Counted from the first letter of the stretch, positions 43,195 through 54,479 are shown. The stretch is DNA of 64,000 nt from Bacteroidales bacterium (GCA_017960905.1 JAGCYH010000029.1:10948-74947); one strand, 5' to 3'. The notes: a model not told the origin generated them from the letters alone. Program-made: numbers and translations.

Positions 43195-45090
43195 ATGTAT
43201 GAATTGCTAAATAAAATTGATTCGCCGGCCGACCTGAAACGGCTTGACATTGAGCAACTTCCGCAGTTGTGCGATGAGTTGCGGCATTTCATCATCGAAT
43301 CGCTGTCGCACAACCCGGGACACTTCGGGGCTAGCCTTGGCGTGGTCGAACTCACTGTGGCTCTGCATTATGTGTTCAACACGCCTTACGACAAGTTGGT
43401 GTGGGACGTAGGCCATCAGGCCTACGGTCACAAGATTCTGACAGGCCGCCGCGACCGCTTCGAGACAAATCGTAAATATCACGGTATCAGTGGTTTCCCG
43501 AATATCTTCGAGAGCGAGTACGACGCCTTTGGCGTCGGACATTCATCGACATCGATATCGGCGGCGCTCGGAATGGCTATGGCGTCGAGACTCAGCGGCG
43601 AGACCGACCGCGACATAGTCGCGGTCATCGGCGACGGCTCAATGACTGGCGGTGAGGCTTTCGAGGCTATCAACAATATGGCCTCGACTAACCCCAATAT
43701 GCTCGTCATCCTCAACGACAACAACATAGCCATCGACAAGGTTACTGGCGGTCTGAGCCAGTATCTGCTCGATATTTCTACCTCGAAAACTTACAACAAA
43801 CTGCGTTCGCGAATATGGGAAGTGCTCGACAAGAGCAAAGCTGCCGGTCGCGGCCCTAAGAACTTCATTGTCAAGCTGAAAAATAGTCTGAAGAATCTCA
43901 TCATACGCCAGACGAATATGTTCGAAGGACTGAATGTCAGATATTTCGGCCCGGCCGATGGCCACGATGTGATATATCTGGTCAAGATTCTTCAGGATTT
44001 GAAAAAAATAAAAGGTCCGAAAATGCTTCACGTGATAACCGTGAAGGGCAAGGGCTTCAAAGCGGCCGAAGAGAACCAGACGGCGTGGCATGCAGTGGGC
44101 AAGAGTTTCGATATTGAGACTGGCGAAGTGCTTGATAAAAAGACAGATGCACCGTGCCCGCCTCGTTTCCAGGACGTTTTCGGGCATACGCTTTTGGAAC
44201 TTGCGCGGCAGAACGAGAAGATACTTGGTATAACGCCCGCCATGGCGTCGGGCTGCAGCCTCAACATAATGATGGAGGCAATGCCCGAACGTACGTTCGA
44301 TGTAGGCATAGCCGAACAACACGCCGTTACTTTTGCTGCCGGACTGGCCGTCAGCGGATATATTCCCTTTTGCAACATATACTCTACATTCGCGCAACGT
44401 GCTTTCGATCAGGTGATTCACGATGTGGCTTTGCAACGGCTCAATGTCGTTCTCTGTTTCGACCGTGCCGGCCTCGTGGGTGCCGATGGTGCTACGCACC
44501 ACGGCGTGTTCGACATAGCAATGCTGCGTCCCGTGCCCAACCTCACTATTGCGTCGCCTATGGACGAAGTTGAGCTGCGCAATATGATGTACACCGCCCA
44601 GCAACCCGACATGGGGCCGTTTGTCATACGCTATCCGCGTGGGCGCGGGTCGGTTGTCGATTGGCGTCAGCCGATGAAGGCTCTTGCCATAGGCAAGAGC
44701 AGGCAGCTGTGCAGCGGTGCCGACATAGCAGTGCTCACTTTGGGCCCGTTGGGCGTTACGGTGCAAAGTGTGGCGCAGTCGCTCGCCGCCGAGAATATCG
44801 GCGTGGCGGTTTACGACATGCGTTTCGCAAAACCGCTCGACGAGGATATGCTGCGCTCGGTATTGCCTCAGTATCCGACAGTTATCACTGTCGAAGACGG
44901 CGTTGTCGCTGGCGGTTTCGGCTCGGCCGTTGAGCAGTTTGCCAACGACAAAGGCATCGCGGTGCGTGTTGTAACGCTCGGCTTGCCCGACCGCTTTGTG
45001 GAGCATGGCTCGCCCGAAGAACTCTACGCCGAGTGCGGTCTCGACTTCAATGGCATTGCCAATGCCATTCGTTCTGTTTTGAAGAAATAA
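43195..45090 (+). CDS. dxs: 1-deoxy-D-xylulose-5-phosphate synthase
   Basis: 631 aa. [13 protein letters not shown], the TPP-binding [15 protein letters not shown] motif, and a transketolase-like C-terminus. Confidence 0.93.
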   Translation: MYELLNKIDSPADLKRLDIEQLPQLCDELRHFIIESLSHNPGHFGASLGVVELTVALHYVFNTPYDKLVWDVGHQAYGHKILTGRRDRFETNRKYHGISGFPNIFESEYDAFGVGHSSTSISAALGMAMASRLSGETDRDIVAVIGDGSMTGGEAFEAINNMASTNPNMLVILNDNNIAIDKVTGGLSQYLLDISTSKTYNKLRSRIWEVLDKSKAAGRGPKNFIVKLKNSLKNLIIRQTNMFEGLNVRYFGPADGHDVIYLVKILQDLKKIKGPKMLHVITVKGKGFKAAEENQTAWHAVGKSFDIETGEVLDKKTDAPCPPRFQDVFGHTLLELARQNEKILGITPAMASGCSLNIMMEAMPERTFDVGIAEQHAVTFAAGLAVSGYIPFCNIYSTFAQRAFDQVIHDVALQRLNVVLCFDRAGLVGADGATHHGVFDIAMLRPVPNLTIASPMDEVELRNMMYTAQQPDMGPFVIRYPRGRGSVVDWRQPMKALAIGKSRQLCSGADIAVLTLGPLGVTVQSVAQSLAAENIGVAVYDMRFAKPLDEDMLRSVLPQYPTVITVEDGVVAGGFGSAVEQFANDKGIAVRVVTLGLPDRFVEHGSPEELYAECGLDFNGIANAIRSVLKK

Positions 45091-45124
45091 AGCCGTTTAT
45101 CGACGATAAAAGCAAAATGTTTCA

Positions 45125-45132
45125 TACCTTTG
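45125..45132 (+). promoter_or_regulatory. -7 box TAccTTTG upstream of leuB
   Basis: Matches TAnnTTTG, 36 nt before the ATG at 45168. Confidence 0.45.
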
Positions 45133-45167
45133 CGGCACGAAAAATTGAAAATCAAATACATAAACAA

Positions 45168-46229
45168 ATGAAACTTAAAATAGCAGTACTCGCGGGCGAT
45201 GGTATTGGCCCCGAAATCTCAGCTCAAGGCGTAGCTGTAATGTCGGCCGTATGTGAGAAATTCGGCCACGAAGTGACTTCCAAAGAGGCAATTTGCGGCG
45301 CAACGGCAATTGATGCCGTTGGCGACCCGTTCCCCGAAGAGACTTTCAAAACCTGTATGGACGCCGATGCCGTTCTGTTCTCGGCTGTAGGCGACCCGAA
45401 GTTCGACAACAACCCTTCGGCCAAAGTGCGCCCTGAGCAAGGTCTTTTGGCTATGCGCAAAAAACTCGGACTCTTTGCCAACATCCGTCCGGTGCAGACA
45501 TTCGACTGCCTTGTGCACAAATCACCGCTCAAAGATGAGCTCGTCAAAGGTGCCGACTTCATCTGCATTCGCGAACTCACTGGCGGTATGTACTTCGGCG
45601 AGAAGAAAGAGGGCGACGACTACGCTTACGATACCAACGCATATACGCGCAACGAAGTTGAGCGCATTCTCAAAGTGGCTTACCAATACGCACGTCAGCG
45701 CAACAAGCATCTGACTGTTGTTGATAAAGCTAACGTGTTGGCTTCGAGTCGTTTGTGGCGCAAGGTGGCACAAGAGATGGCACCGCAATATCCCGACGTG
45801 AAGACCGACTTCATGTATGTCGATAACGCTTCGATGCGTATGATACAAGAGCCGCGTTTCTTCGACGTGATGGTTACCGAAAACACATTCGGCGACATTC
45901 TGACCGACGAAGGTTCGTGCATCACAGGTTCAATGGGTCTGCTGCCTTCGGCATCGACAGGCGAGCATACACCTGTGTTTGAGCCAATTCACGGCAGCTG
46001 GCCGCAAGCCAAAGGCCTCAACATTGCCAACCCGCTTGCTCAGATCTTGTCGGTGGCTATGCTCTTCGAGTACTTCGGCCTTAAGGCCGAAGGCGAACTC
46101 GTTCGCAAGGCTGTCGACGCCTCGCTCGACGCTAATGTGCGCACACCTGAGATTCAGGTCGAAGGCGGCGCTAAATACGGCACAAAAGAGGTCGGCGCTT
46201 GGATTGTCGACTACATCAAAAAAGCCTAA
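45168..46229 (+). CDS. leuB: 3-isopropylmalate dehydrogenase
   Basis: The ATG at 45168 gives [29 protein letters not shown] motif. A TAccTTTG box lies 36 nt upstream. The track start at 45033 overlaps dxs. Confidence 0.88.
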   Translation: MKLKIAVLAGDGIGPEISAQGVAVMSAVCEKFGHEVTSKEAICGATAIDAVGDPFPEETFKTCMDADAVLFSAVGDPKFDNNPSAKVRPEQGLLAMRKKLGLFANIRPVQTFDCLVHKSPLKDELVKGADFICIRELTGGMYFGEKKEGDDYAYDTNAYTRNEVERILKVAYQYARQRNKHLTVVDKANVLASSRLWRKVAQEMAPQYPDVKTDFMYVDNASMRMIQEPRFFDVMVTENTFGDILTDEGSCITGSMGLLPSASTGEHTPVFEPIHGSWPQAKGLNIANPLAQILSVAMLFEYFGLKAEGELVRKAVDASLDANVRTPEIQVEGGAKYGTKEVGAWIVDYIKKA

Positions 46230-46256
46230 AACGTAGTTTTTTTGTATATTCAAGTC

Positions 46257-46296
46257 GGTCGTTGGGAACGAAAACGTTCCCAACGACCTTTTTTTT
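46257..46296 (+). terminator. intrinsic terminator after leuB
   Basis: GGTCGTTGGGAACG-AAAA-CGTTCCCAACGACC followed by T8. Confidence 0.85.
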
Positions 46297-46403
46297 GCAT
46301 CGAACAAAAAAAAAATTACGTATTAAGTTGCAATGGAAAAACTATTTAATATATTTGTCGAAAGTAAAAACAGAATTTTTATAAACCATAAAAACAAAAC
46401 AAT

Positions 46404-46898
46404 ATGTATTGTATAAAATGTGGAGCGTATTTAGACGATAGCGCGACATTCTGTCCGAAGTGCGGGACAAATGTTACACCAACAGCAACACCGCCACCAG
46501 TTCCGCCCGTTCCGCCGACGGATCAGGAAAACCCGAATCAAGCAGGTGCGGCACCGCAACAACCTTACCAGCAGCAATATCAGCAGCCGGTATATCCGCA
46601 ACCGCGTGCACCTCAGGTTTATCCGCCAAGTTCGAACTTGATATGGGGTATTCTCACAACAATATTCTGCTGTCTGCCGCTTGGTATTGTGTCGATAGTT
46701 TACGCAGCCAAAGTCGATGGCTTGTGGGCTGCAGGACGTTTCGATGAGGCTCGTGCTTCTGCCAAGAAAGCCGGCACTTGGGCTATGTGGGCTGCTATCG
46801 CGGCTGTAGTAGGTCTTATCCTGTACTTTGTGTTCATTTTCGTTTTCGCAGGTGGATTAGTGGGCTTAGGTACATTATTCCAGAATATGCAGCAATAG
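46404..46898 (+). CDS. zinc-ribbon + Pro/Gln-rich linker + CD225/dispanin (IFITM-like) membrane protein
   Basis: CIKCG....CPKCG zinc ribbon, a PPVPPVPP/QQ-rich linker, and the CD225 pattern WGILTTIFCCLPLGIVSIVYAAKV. Confidence 0.7.
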   Translation: MYCIKCGAYLDDSATFCPKCGTNVTPTATPPPVPPVPPTDQENPNQAGAAPQQPYQQQYQQPVYPQPRAPQVYPPSSNLIWGILTTIFCCLPLGIVSIVYAAKVDGLWAAGRFDEARASAKKAGTWAMWAAIAAVVGLILYFVFIFVFAGGLVGLGTLFQNMQQ

Positions 46899-46904
46899 GC
46901 GGAA

Positions 46905-47279
46905 ATGTCGTTCAAAAAACTATTTATACCACTCGCCATAATCTTTGCGATTATGTGCGTGTGGTATTTTTTTTATAATCCTTCAGAGTCGGTTTTTGCA
47001 CCTAAGTGTCCGTGGTGGCTGCTTACGGGCACGCAGTGTCCTGCGTGCGGGTTTCAGCGCGCTCTGCATGCATTGTTGCACGGTGAGGTGTTGAACGCCT
47101 TGGCGTTCAACTATTTCTTTATCATTTCTGTACCATTTTTCATTCTGGTTGCAATAGCCGAAATCTTTAGGGAGCGCGTCCTTAGGCTGTATCTCTTCGT
47201 TCACAGCCGTTATACTCTCTGGACATATATTATCCTGTTTTTCTTGTGGTGGATAATGCGCAATGTATTAGGCATTTAG
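46905..47279 (+). CDS. DUF2752 family membrane protein
   Basis: The CPWWLLTGTQCPACGFQRA motif is typical of DUF2752. Starts 6 nt after the CD225 gene stop. Confidence 0.7.
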   Translation: MSFKKLFIPLAIIFAIMCVWYFFYNPSESVFAPKCPWWLLTGTQCPACGFQRALHALLHGEVLNALAFNYFFIISVPFFILVAIAEIFRERVLRLYLFVHSRYTLWTYIILFFLWWIMRNVLGI

Positions 47280-47289
47280 CAGTGACACC

Positions 47290-48207
47290 TCACGTTTGGT
47301 AGAATGGTGTGCCTTTGTGCTCTTTCTTGCCTTCGATGAGCGATGGGCGCAGCATGTAAACTATTCCGGGAACGGAGCTTATGAGCGAAACAACGTAGAA
47401 GAGCAGGCTCAGCGAAATGGCTACCGTCTCGTCGGTGCCAAGAGTCTGTGAACCAAAGAAAAAGACGGCTTCGCGCACGCCAAGTCCGCCCGGCAGGGCA
47501 ATGGGTATGGCCGACGCTATTGTGCTGACGAAGAAGAGAAACATGTAGCTCTCCATGTCGGCGGTGGTGCCGCTGAGTGAGTAGAGCACAAAAGTGGCAG
47601 CGCACATCTGCATTCCCTGTATGAGAAACGACATGCTTACGACTTTGGTAAATGCCTGACACAGACCGCGTTTTACTATTCGTAGGAACAAATAATAGGC
47701 GCCAACGACGAGCGGAATAAGCAGAAATGTGTATTCGCGCATCGGAATGGGCAGCTTCTCGACGAAGAAACTCGAGAAGAGCAGCAGATAGATAACAATG
47801 GCCGTCATGCCACTCAGCCGGTCGCCTAATACGGTGGCTATCAAATCTTTAACGTGCTGGCGGTAATGCTTGTTGAGGTAGTATACTTTGTAGCCGTCGC
47901 CACCGATGCCGCCCGGCAGGAAAAAATTGTAGAACATGCCGAGCCAGTATAGGCGCATGTTCATTGCCGTGCCTAAAGGTAGCGGCATGGCGGCAAACAT
48001 GAAGTTGAGCCGTATGGCGCTTAGCATCTGCGAAGCGACGTAAATGACAAGTGCGCCAACGAGAAACCAAATGTTGGCGGTGCATATCTCATTCCAAACC
48101 TGATTGACGTCTATTTTGCTTATAATGAAAGTGATGGCGACACCCGAAACGAACAATTTCAGGACGAACTTCAGTACTTTCTTGACAGTCAGGCTAATGG
48201 GCTTCAT
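47290..48207 (-). CDS. flippase-like / lysylphosphatidylglycerol-synthase TM-region family protein
   Basis: 305 aa, about 8 TM segments. FLPGGIGGDGYKV and LPGGLGVRE motifs typical of UPF0104/LPG_synthase_TM. Confidence 0.6.
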   Translation of the reverse strand: MKPISLTVKKVLKFVLKLFVSGVAITFIISKIDVNQVWNEICTANIWFLVGALVIYVASQMLSAIRLNFMFAAMPLPLGTAMNMRLYWLGMFYNFFLPGGIGGDGYKVYYLNKHYRQHVKDLIATVLGDRLSGMTAIVIYLLLFSSFFVEKLPIPMREYTFLLIPLVVGAYYLFLRIVKRGLCQAFTKVVSMSFLIQGMQMCAATFVLYSLSGTTADMESYMFLFFVSTIASAIPIALPGGLGVREAVFFFGSQTLGTDETVAISLSLLFYVVSLISSVPGIVYMLRPSLIEGKKEHKGTPFYQT

Positions 48208-48209
48208 TT

Positions 48210-48539
48210 TTATTTATTTGTTACTTCTGCGAGAATCTCATCAGCAATATCCACGCAACGCGGACAAGGCACTTTCGCGCTCTGTTTCAGCTCTTTGCAC
48301 GTGGCGAATCCTGCTTGTTTGACGAATTCTTCTTTAATCTGTTCTGCAAATTGTGGGCAGGCTTTCATTGCTGCGTAGAGTGCGCCGCAGAGGCCGCTTT
48401 CGGCGCGGCCGCCACCGTTGGCTTTCATCTCTTCGACAATGGTTGACGGATTGGCGTATAGCTGCGTGTGCTTGTATGCAACGGCTTGGGCACAATTGTG
48501 CCCAAATGCCGGATTGTGGAATGTTTCTGATGCTTTCAT
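48210..48539 (-). CDS. C_GCAxxG_C_C family protein
   Basis: Motifs GHNCAQAVA, LCGALYAA and a C-terminal CPRC. The ATG at 48539 is preferred over the track start at 48599. Confidence 0.6.
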   Translation of the reverse strand: MKASETFHNPAFGHNCAQAVAYKHTQLYANPSTIVEEMKANGGGRAESGLCGALYAAMKACPQFAEQIKEEFVKQAGFATCKELKQSAKVPCPRCVDIADEILAEVTNK

Positions 48540-48640
48540 ACTAATCGTTTTTTTCTCAACAAAGATAGCTATTAGAACTGAACAATTATAAACTAACAAT
48601 TAAAAAATGATTCCGCCGAGCTTCCTTTCGTTATCTGTTA

Positions 48641-49642
48641 TTATAAATTGTTGTCATTCAGTGTATTCCATAGTATATCCTTGAGCTGTTGCAAGCCTTC
48701 GCCCGAGTGCGACGAGAAGATAATGCATGGCATGTCGGTTGGCAGTTGCTTGCTTATCCCTTCTTTTCGTTTCTCATCGATGATGTCGGCTTTCGATATT
48801 GCCAGAACGCGCTGTTTGTCAAGTAGTTCGGGGTTGTATTGCTCGAGTTCGTTGTACAGAATGCGGTATTCGGCCATCACGTCTTCGCTTTCGGCCGAGA
48901 CGAGGAAAAGCAGAATAGAGTTGCGCTCTATGTGGCGTAAGAATCTCAGCCCTAGGCCTTTGCCTTCGCTAGCGCCTTCGATGATTCCGGGAATGTCGGC
49001 CATGCAGAACGAGCGTCCGCCGCGGTACTCGACGATGCCGAGGTTAGGCACGAGGGTAGTGAACGGATACGAGGCTATTTCGGGTTTTGCGGCCGAAACG
49101 ACGCTCAAGAGCGTCGATTTGCCAGCGTTGGGGAAGCCTACGAGGCCCACATCGGCTAGGACTTTAAGTTCCATTATGGCCGTGACTTCCACAGCCGGCT
49201 CGCCCGGCTGTGCATATCGCGGCGTCTGATTGACGGCGTTGCGGAAGTGCCAGTTGCCTTGTCCGCCACGGCCGCCGCGGCAGAGAATCTGCTCTTCGCC
49301 GTCGTCGGTGATTTCGAACATAACTTCGCCAGTATCAGCGTTTTTCACCACAGTGCCAAGCGGCACGTCGATGTATATGTCGGCGCCGTCTTTGCCGAAC
49401 GAGCGTTGTTTGCCGCCATTTTCGCCGTTTTCGGCGAAAATGTGGCGTGCGAATTTGAGGTGTATGAGCGTCCAGTATTGTGCGTTGCCACGCACAATGA
49501 TGTTGCCGCCGCGCCCGCCGTCGCCGCCGTCGGGACCGCCTTTCTCAACGAATTTCTCGTGGCGCAGATGCGCCGAACCGGCTCCGCCTTTGCCCGAGCG
49601 GCAGAATATTTTCACATAGTCAACGAAATTTGAACTCGCCAT
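48641..49642 (-). CDS. obg: GTPase Obg
   Basis: Obg fold start [19 protein letters not shown]1 [10 protein letters not shown]3 DIPG. The ATG at 49642 gives MASSNF. Confidence 0.92.
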   Translation of the reverse strand: MASSNFVDYVKIFCRSGKGGAGSAHLRHEKFVEKGGPDGGDGGRGGNIIVRGNAQYWTLIHLKFARHIFAENGENGGKQRSFGKDGADIYIDVPLGTVVKNADTGEVMFEITDDGEEQILCRGGRGGQGNWHFRNAVNQTPRYAQPGEPAVEVTAIMELKVLADVGLVGFPNAGKSTLLSVVSAAKPEIASYPFTTLVPNLGIVEYRGGRSFCMADIPGIIEGASEGKGLGLRFLRHIERNSILLFLVSAESEDVMAEYRILYNELEQYNPELLDKQRVLAISKADIIDEKRKEGISKQLPTDMPCIIFSSHSGEGLQQLKDILWNTLNDNNL

Positions 49643-49729
49643 GATGTCTCTCTTTTTTTGCGCCGACAAAAATAACCACGAGCAATCAATATTCAATTGA
49701 TTGCCCGTGGTTTAGTCTGTGATTTTTAT

Positions 49730-50305
49730 TTATTTAACTTTATCTACTGCTTCGCAGATAGTTTCAAAAATCGTCTCGATAGCACCAACGCCTTCGATGT
49801 TGGCCAATTTGTTTTCGGCCTTGTAGAAGTTCATAACAGGCTTAGTCTGAGTGTTATATACTTCGATGCGTTTCTTGATGGTCTCCTCGTTGTCATCGCT
49901 GCGTCCAGATACTTTGCCACGCTCGATGAGGCGTGTCATGAGTTCCTTGTCGGGAACTTGCAGGTTGAGCATGATGGTAACGTCGGTTTTGTACGAGTTG
50001 AGAATGGCTTTGAGAGCTTTAGCCTGCTCGACAGTGCGCGGGAAGCCGTCGAAGATGACGCCTTTGGTGTCCTTGTTGAGTTTATCTAAGAAGCTGTCAA
50101 TCATGCCAATAATGACATCGTCGGGGACGAGCTCGCCCTTGTCGATGTGCGATTTGGCGAGTGCGCCAAGCTCTGTGTTTGTCGATATTTCTTTACGAAG
50201 CAAGTCGCCCGTAGAGATGTGGGCGAGGCTGTATTTCTTTATAAGGTACTCACTCTGAGTGCCTTTTCCAGAGCCCGGGGGGCCGAATATTACAATGTTC
50301 AGCAT
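49730..50305 (-). CDS. adk: adenylate kinase
   Basis: P-loop GPPGSGKGTQS and short-form Adk length (191 aa). Confidence 0.93.
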   Translation of the reverse strand: MLNIVIFGPPGSGKGTQSEYLIKKYSLAHISTGDLLRKEISTNTELGALAKSHIDKGELVPDDVIIGMIDSFLDKLNKDTKGVIFDGFPRTVEQAKALKAILNSYKTDVTIMLNLQVPDKELMTRLIERGKVSGRSDDNEETIKKRIEVYNTQTKPVMNFYKAENKLANIEGVGAIETIFETICEAVDKVK

Positions 50306-50312
50306 TTTTTTG

Positions 50313-50849
50313 TTATTGTATTAATGTATAAATGTCTTTCAAATTGCGGCCGTAGCCGTTGTAGTCGAGTCCGTGGCCAACGATGAAGTCGTTGGGTATG
50401 TTAAGCCCGATATACTCGGGCTTAATGTCCATGCGGAACGAGTCGGGCTTGTAGAGCATGGTGGCTACTCTGACGTCGGCAGCGCCTTTGGCGCTGACCT
50501 GCTTTCGCAGCATGTCGATGGTGATGCCGGTGTCGACAATGTCTTCGACGAGGACTACCGTACGTCCGTCGAGGTTTTCATTGAACCCGATGAGCTCTTT
50601 CACTTTGCCGGTGGTCGAGGTGCCTGCGTACGACGCCACTTTGACGAACGATATCTCGCAGGGAATGCTGACGCACTTCATAAGGTCGGCGGCGAACATG
50701 AAGGCGCCGTTGAGTATGCACACAAACAGCGGATCCTTGCCTTCAAGGTCGCGGTTGATTTTCTCGGCAACAGCGCGCACTGCGTCTTGTATTGCCGATT
50801 CGGGAATCGAGGTTTCAAATTCTTTGTCGAGAACTCTGACTTTGGCCAT
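50313..50849 (-). CDS. hpt: hypoxanthine phosphoribosyltransferase
   Basis: PRPP-binding motif VVLVEDIVDTGIT; 178 aa. Confidence 0.9.
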   Translation of the reverse strand: MAKVRVLDKEFETSIPESAIQDAVRAVAEKINRDLEGKDPLFVCILNGAFMFAADLMKCVSIPCEISFVKVASYAGTSTTGKVKELIGFNENLDGRTVVLVEDIVDTGITIDMLRKQVSAKGAADVRVATMLYKPDSFRMDIKPEYIGLNIPNDFIVGHGLDYNGYGRNLKDIYTLIQ

Positions 50850-50967
50850 TTTAAAAGTCTTATTTGTAAAGGTTTCTACGTATCATCTTCAAAAATGATT
50901 GTGCAAAATTACTAAAAGTTGTAGTGATTGTCTTAAATAAATCTAATGCTTTGCAGCAAGTCGGTGT

Positions 50968-52098
50968 TTATTTCCATTTTCTTTTGCTTCTGAAGAGTGA
51001 TAAAGTGCAGATAATGAGTATTATAAACGGATAAAGAACCGACAGCACGAAGGCGTAGCGGAATCTGACGCGGATATTCCAGAAGTTGCGTCCTTTGAGC
51101 AGCAGGGCGAAATCAGCGATGAGTTTCAGCAAGAAAGCGGCTGCGGCACAAATGCCGCAGTCGGCCGACCATATCGCAAGTATGGCGAAGGCGGGCCAAA
51201 TCATGTGGGCTAAGAAGATGAGCACGCTGAAGGCTATGAGCTGCCAGTCGGTGTATCCTGTCGATTTGCGCAGCCAGCGCGTGCGCTGGCGCAAATATTC
51301 GCTCAGTGTGCGTGGCGCAACGGTCGAAACCATTGCGCCGGCGTTTTTTATGAAGCTTATTTTGCCTTTGTTCTTTTTCACTTCTGAAAGCAGAAACATG
51401 TCGTCGCCCGAGACATATTCGCTGTGGCAGTCGTGTTGCTGGTAGGTCGTTTTGTCGAACGACAGGTTGGCGCCGTTGCACAAGATAGGGTAGCCGGCCA
51501 AGGCTGCGCCTGCGGTGCAGAATTGTATTGCAAGGAACTCTATTTCAAACAGATGGCCCATAAAAGTGTCGTCGGCTCGCATAGCCACAGGCGCAATGAG
51601 CATATTGGGATGGTTGGCGGTGTGGAACGTTTTGAGGGCTTTGCACCAGCTCTCCTGTATCTCGCAGTCGGCGTCGATCATGGCTATGGTGGCGTGCCGG
51701 GCAAGGCTTACGCCATGCCGAATGGCTTGTTTTTTGCCTTGCGGCAATGGGTTATCCACGACGCGCACTTGCCGGTAGTCGCGTGTGAGGCGGCGCAGGT
51801 TGTCGTCGGTGCCGTCGGTGCAGTGGTCGCATACGAAGATGAGGTCGTCGAAATCGGTGCTTTGCTTGAGCATGGAGAGCAGCAACGGGTTCATGTTGTC
51901 CAACTCGTTGTGCACGGGCACGATAACCGACATGGGCTCGGCGTCGGACGTGTTGCTGAGGTCGAAGTTTGGCGCTTTGCGCCAAACAACCATGAAGCTG
52001 ATTATGGATTTGACGTAAATAAGCAGTATGACAAGCAGAATGATCTGTACGGCTAGCATATTGAGTAAAAAAATGAGGAAACCGTAAGGTTTCCTCAA
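50968..52098 (-). CDS. membrane-bound family 2 glycosyltransferase
   Basis: VIVPVHNE start of the GT2 fold and the IDADC DxD motif. TM helices at both ends. The track start is TTG; an alternative ATG lies at 52059. Confidence 0.7.
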   Translation of the reverse strand: MRKPYGFLIFLLNMLAVQIILLVILLIYVKSIISFMVVWRKAPNFDLSNTSDAEPMSVIVPVHNELDNMNPLLLSMLKQSTDFDDLIFVCDHCTDGTDDNLRRLTRDYRQVRVVDNPLPQGKKQAIRHGVSLARHATIAMIDADCEIQESWCKALKTFHTANHPNMLIAPVAMRADDTFMGHLFEIEFLAIQFCTAGAALAGYPILCNGANLSFDKTTYQQHDCHSEYVSGDDMFLLSEVKKNKGKISFIKNAGAMVSTVAPRTLSEYLRQRTRWLRKSTGYTDWQLIAFSVLIFLAHMIWPAFAILAIWSADCGICAAAAFLLKLIADFALLLKGRNFWNIRVRFRYAFVLSVLYPFIILIICTLSLFRSKRKWK

Positions 52099-52122
52099 AT
52101 ATTTTGATCTGAATTGTTTACT

Positions 52123-53166
52123 TTATTCTCCGGCGTTGGTTATCCAGCTTTCAATGCGGTAAGTGTCGACTATCAGCTCTTGTCGGGCTTCAGCTTCGAC
52201 GAGCGATGAGTGTGACTCGATGACAGCAGCGAACCAACCGTCGAGTTGTGTTGCGAATGCGCTGGTGAATCCTTTGCTTTTGAGTGTAGCGACACGAGCT
52301 TCGGCCAACTCCATAGTCTTGTAGCAGCCTACAACTATATTGTAGCGCTTCTCAAGCGGGTTGGTAACGGGTGCGGGCGGCGGCACTACTATAGTGTCTT
52401 TCGGTGCAGGCTCTGGGTCTTTGATAGGAATAGGTTCTACCACTTCGACCTTTTCACCGAAGAAGAATTTGTATACGCAGTTGTCTTTGTTGATTATGAA
52501 CAAGCAGACGAACGCTATAATGAACAGAAGGAGAATGATGAGCAGAACCCAAAGCCATGTTTTCGGCTTTTTCTCCTCTTCGTCGTAATTATTAATAATC
52601 ACTGTGTTGTTCGAATCTGAAGTCTCGGCAGCGTTGTCGGTTTTTTGCTCCGGTTCAGGTGTTGTCTCAACGGTAACAGCGGGTTGCACTGGCACCGAAA
52701 CAAAAGGTTGTGGCTCAGGTTCAGAGTTGTTGCTTGGCTGTTCTTCGTTTTGCTGTTGTTCCTCGTTGCTCGGCTGTGGCTCTTCGCTGCCTTTGTCGTC
52801 GGTTGGCAGGACGAGGTCGTCGATGCCATCGTCGGTCGAATCGGCGGGCTGGCCGTTGTCGTCGGCGCGGAAAGTTATCTTTCCGTCGGCTTGCGAAATA
52901 GTGCCTAATCCGTTGAGAGTTACGGTTTCGCCGCGCTCAAGTCTTGATTTTATGTCGGCAACGAAATCGTTAATCTTTTGGAGAGCTTCGTCGGGCGTAA
53001 CGCCTTCTTTCTGAACGATATAATTTGAGAGTAAGCCGTCGTTAAAATTGAGGTACTGGTTGAACAGAATACTGCTTGCACCGTCGTTGGGCGCTATGAA
53101 GGCGCCAAAACCCGGCAGATTGACTCTTTTTCCTGGCTGCAACAGCTCTTTTATGTATTGTTCCAT
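52123..53166 (-). CDS. HU-like domain + SPOR domain protein
   Basis: N-terminal LPGFGAF repeats (HU-CCDC81-type). Acidic/Pro-rich linker and a single TM. C-terminal SPOR-like YNIVVGCYKTMELAEARVATLKSKGF. Confidence 0.6.
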   Translation of the reverse strand: MEQYIKELLQPGKRVNLPGFGAFIAPNDGASSILFNQYLNFNDGLLSNYIVQKEGVTPDEALQKINDFVADIKSRLERGETVTLNGLGTISQADGKITFRADDNGQPADSTDDGIDDLVLPTDDKGSEEPQPSNEEQQQNEEQPSNNSEPEPQPFVSVPVQPAVTVETTPEPEQKTDNAAETSDSNNTVIINNYDEEEKKPKTWLWVLLIILLLFIIAFVCLFIINKDNCVYKFFFGEKVEVVEPIPIKDPEPAPKDTIVVPPPAPVTNPLEKRYNIVVGCYKTMELAEARVATLKSKGFTSAFATQLDGWFAAVIESHSSLVEAEARQELIVDTYRIESWITNAGE

Positions 53167-53281
53167 AAACGGTTTTATAGATTACGAACCGCAAATATAG
53201 AAAAAACAAATAATATTTTTATTTTATTTATATTTTTTTTTATGTCGAAGCCGAAAAATGTGCCTTTTTTCAGAAATCACG

Positions 53282-54472
53282 CTATTCTTCGTATGCCGGT
53301 TCGTTGTAGTAAGTCGGTTCGCTGAGAGTGCATTGCACGCCGTCGAGTGTGCGAATGTAAATTTCGGTCGAGGCCGAGAGAAATACGTTGCCTGTGCCAC
53401 CGCTGACGTTCGAGGGCACTTTTATAGTGCCCGACAGGACGTTCTCGTCATCGCTGTAGTAATCGGAGTCGATGCTGTTGAGGAGTTTCAGGTAGTAGTA
53501 TTGGTCGGCATCGATGGCGATGATGCGTACCACACCGTCGAGGAAATATTGCGGCGCTATCGCCGCAATCTGCTCATTAGTAAGGTTGTATGTGTATCCG
53601 TGATAGAAATAGTCGGTGGAGTATCTGTAGTAGTTTTTGTAGAGTGTCATTTGTTGCGCCGATCCGCTGAAACGTTTGTCGTTCATCACGTGGTATTTGT
53701 TTTTTATTGTGGGCATTATGAAGTCGAAATCTTCCATTTTGGTGTTCGACTCTTCGTCGGTGAGCGAGGGCACTTCGGCATGTGTGAAATCGCAGTCGGG
53801 CTTAACGAAGTTGGTGGTGCTCTCGAAGAGGGCATCGGTGCCACTTGCTTCTGGTAAGTATTTGCGTTGCAGCTCGTTCCATTCGGTCGAAAAGAAGATG
53901 TAGTAGTCGCGCGACTCAGGGTCGGGGTCGAGCATGAGGGGCGATGCGATACTGTCGGCTGTGCCGCACGTTATGCGGTAATAGTTGGTTTGTGAGGCGT
54001 CGGTGTCGGTAACGCTGAAGGTCAGAGCTATGCTCTGACCGGCTTCGCGGAATCCGTCGTTGCCGTAGCTGAATTGCACTATGGCGCCTTTTATTGCCTG
54101 TGCCTTAGGCGGTTGCGGAACAATTCCTTCCGATGTGGCTTTACGCCCCTGATATTCAGCTTCAACACGTACGTGGTCGCCCGGACGGAACACGCCGTGG
54201 AGCACATTGCTATTGCTAAAGTAATAAGGCGTTTCGGTAACGCTCTCGCTCGCCAAAACGTCATTGATGTAGAGCCGTAGTACAGCACCGCTTACCTCGT
54301 GTGTGGTAGTGTAGTCGGTGGTCGAAAAAGAGATGACGTGCGTTGTGTCGCCGGCGTTGAGGAAGGCGTTGAGGCAGAACGTGCCGCGCGAGTCTTCGCC
54401 GTTGAAGTCGATGTCGTTTTCGCAGCTTGCGAAAACAACTGAGAGCAGTATCGTATATAATAATTTATTCAT
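53282..54472 (-). CDS. DUF4249-like lipoprotein
   Basis: Lipobox VVFASC. Lies immediately downstream of a CarboxypepD_reg-type TonB-dependent receptor, the usual partner arrangement. The family call is by context and size only. Confidence 0.5.
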   Translation of the reverse strand: MNKLLYTILLSVVFASCENDIDFNGEDSRGTFCLNAFLNAGDTTHVISFSTTDYTTTHEVSGAVLRLYINDVLASESVTETPYYFSNSNVLHGVFRPGDHVRVEAEYQGRKATSEGIVPQPPKAQAIKGAIVQFSYGNDGFREAGQSIALTFSVTDTDASQTNYYRITCGTADSIASPLMLDPDPESRDYYIFFSTEWNELQRKYLPEASGTDALFESTTNFVKPDCDFTHAEVPSLTDEESNTKMEDFDFIMPTIKNKYHVMNDKRFSGSAQQMTLYKNYYRYSTDYFYHGYTYNLTNEQIAAIAPQYFLDGVVRIIAIDADQYYYLKLLNSIDSDYYSDDENVLSGTIKVPSNVSGGTGNVFLSASTEIYIRTLDGVQCTLSEPTYYNEPAYEE

Positions 54473-54479
54473 CAGATAA

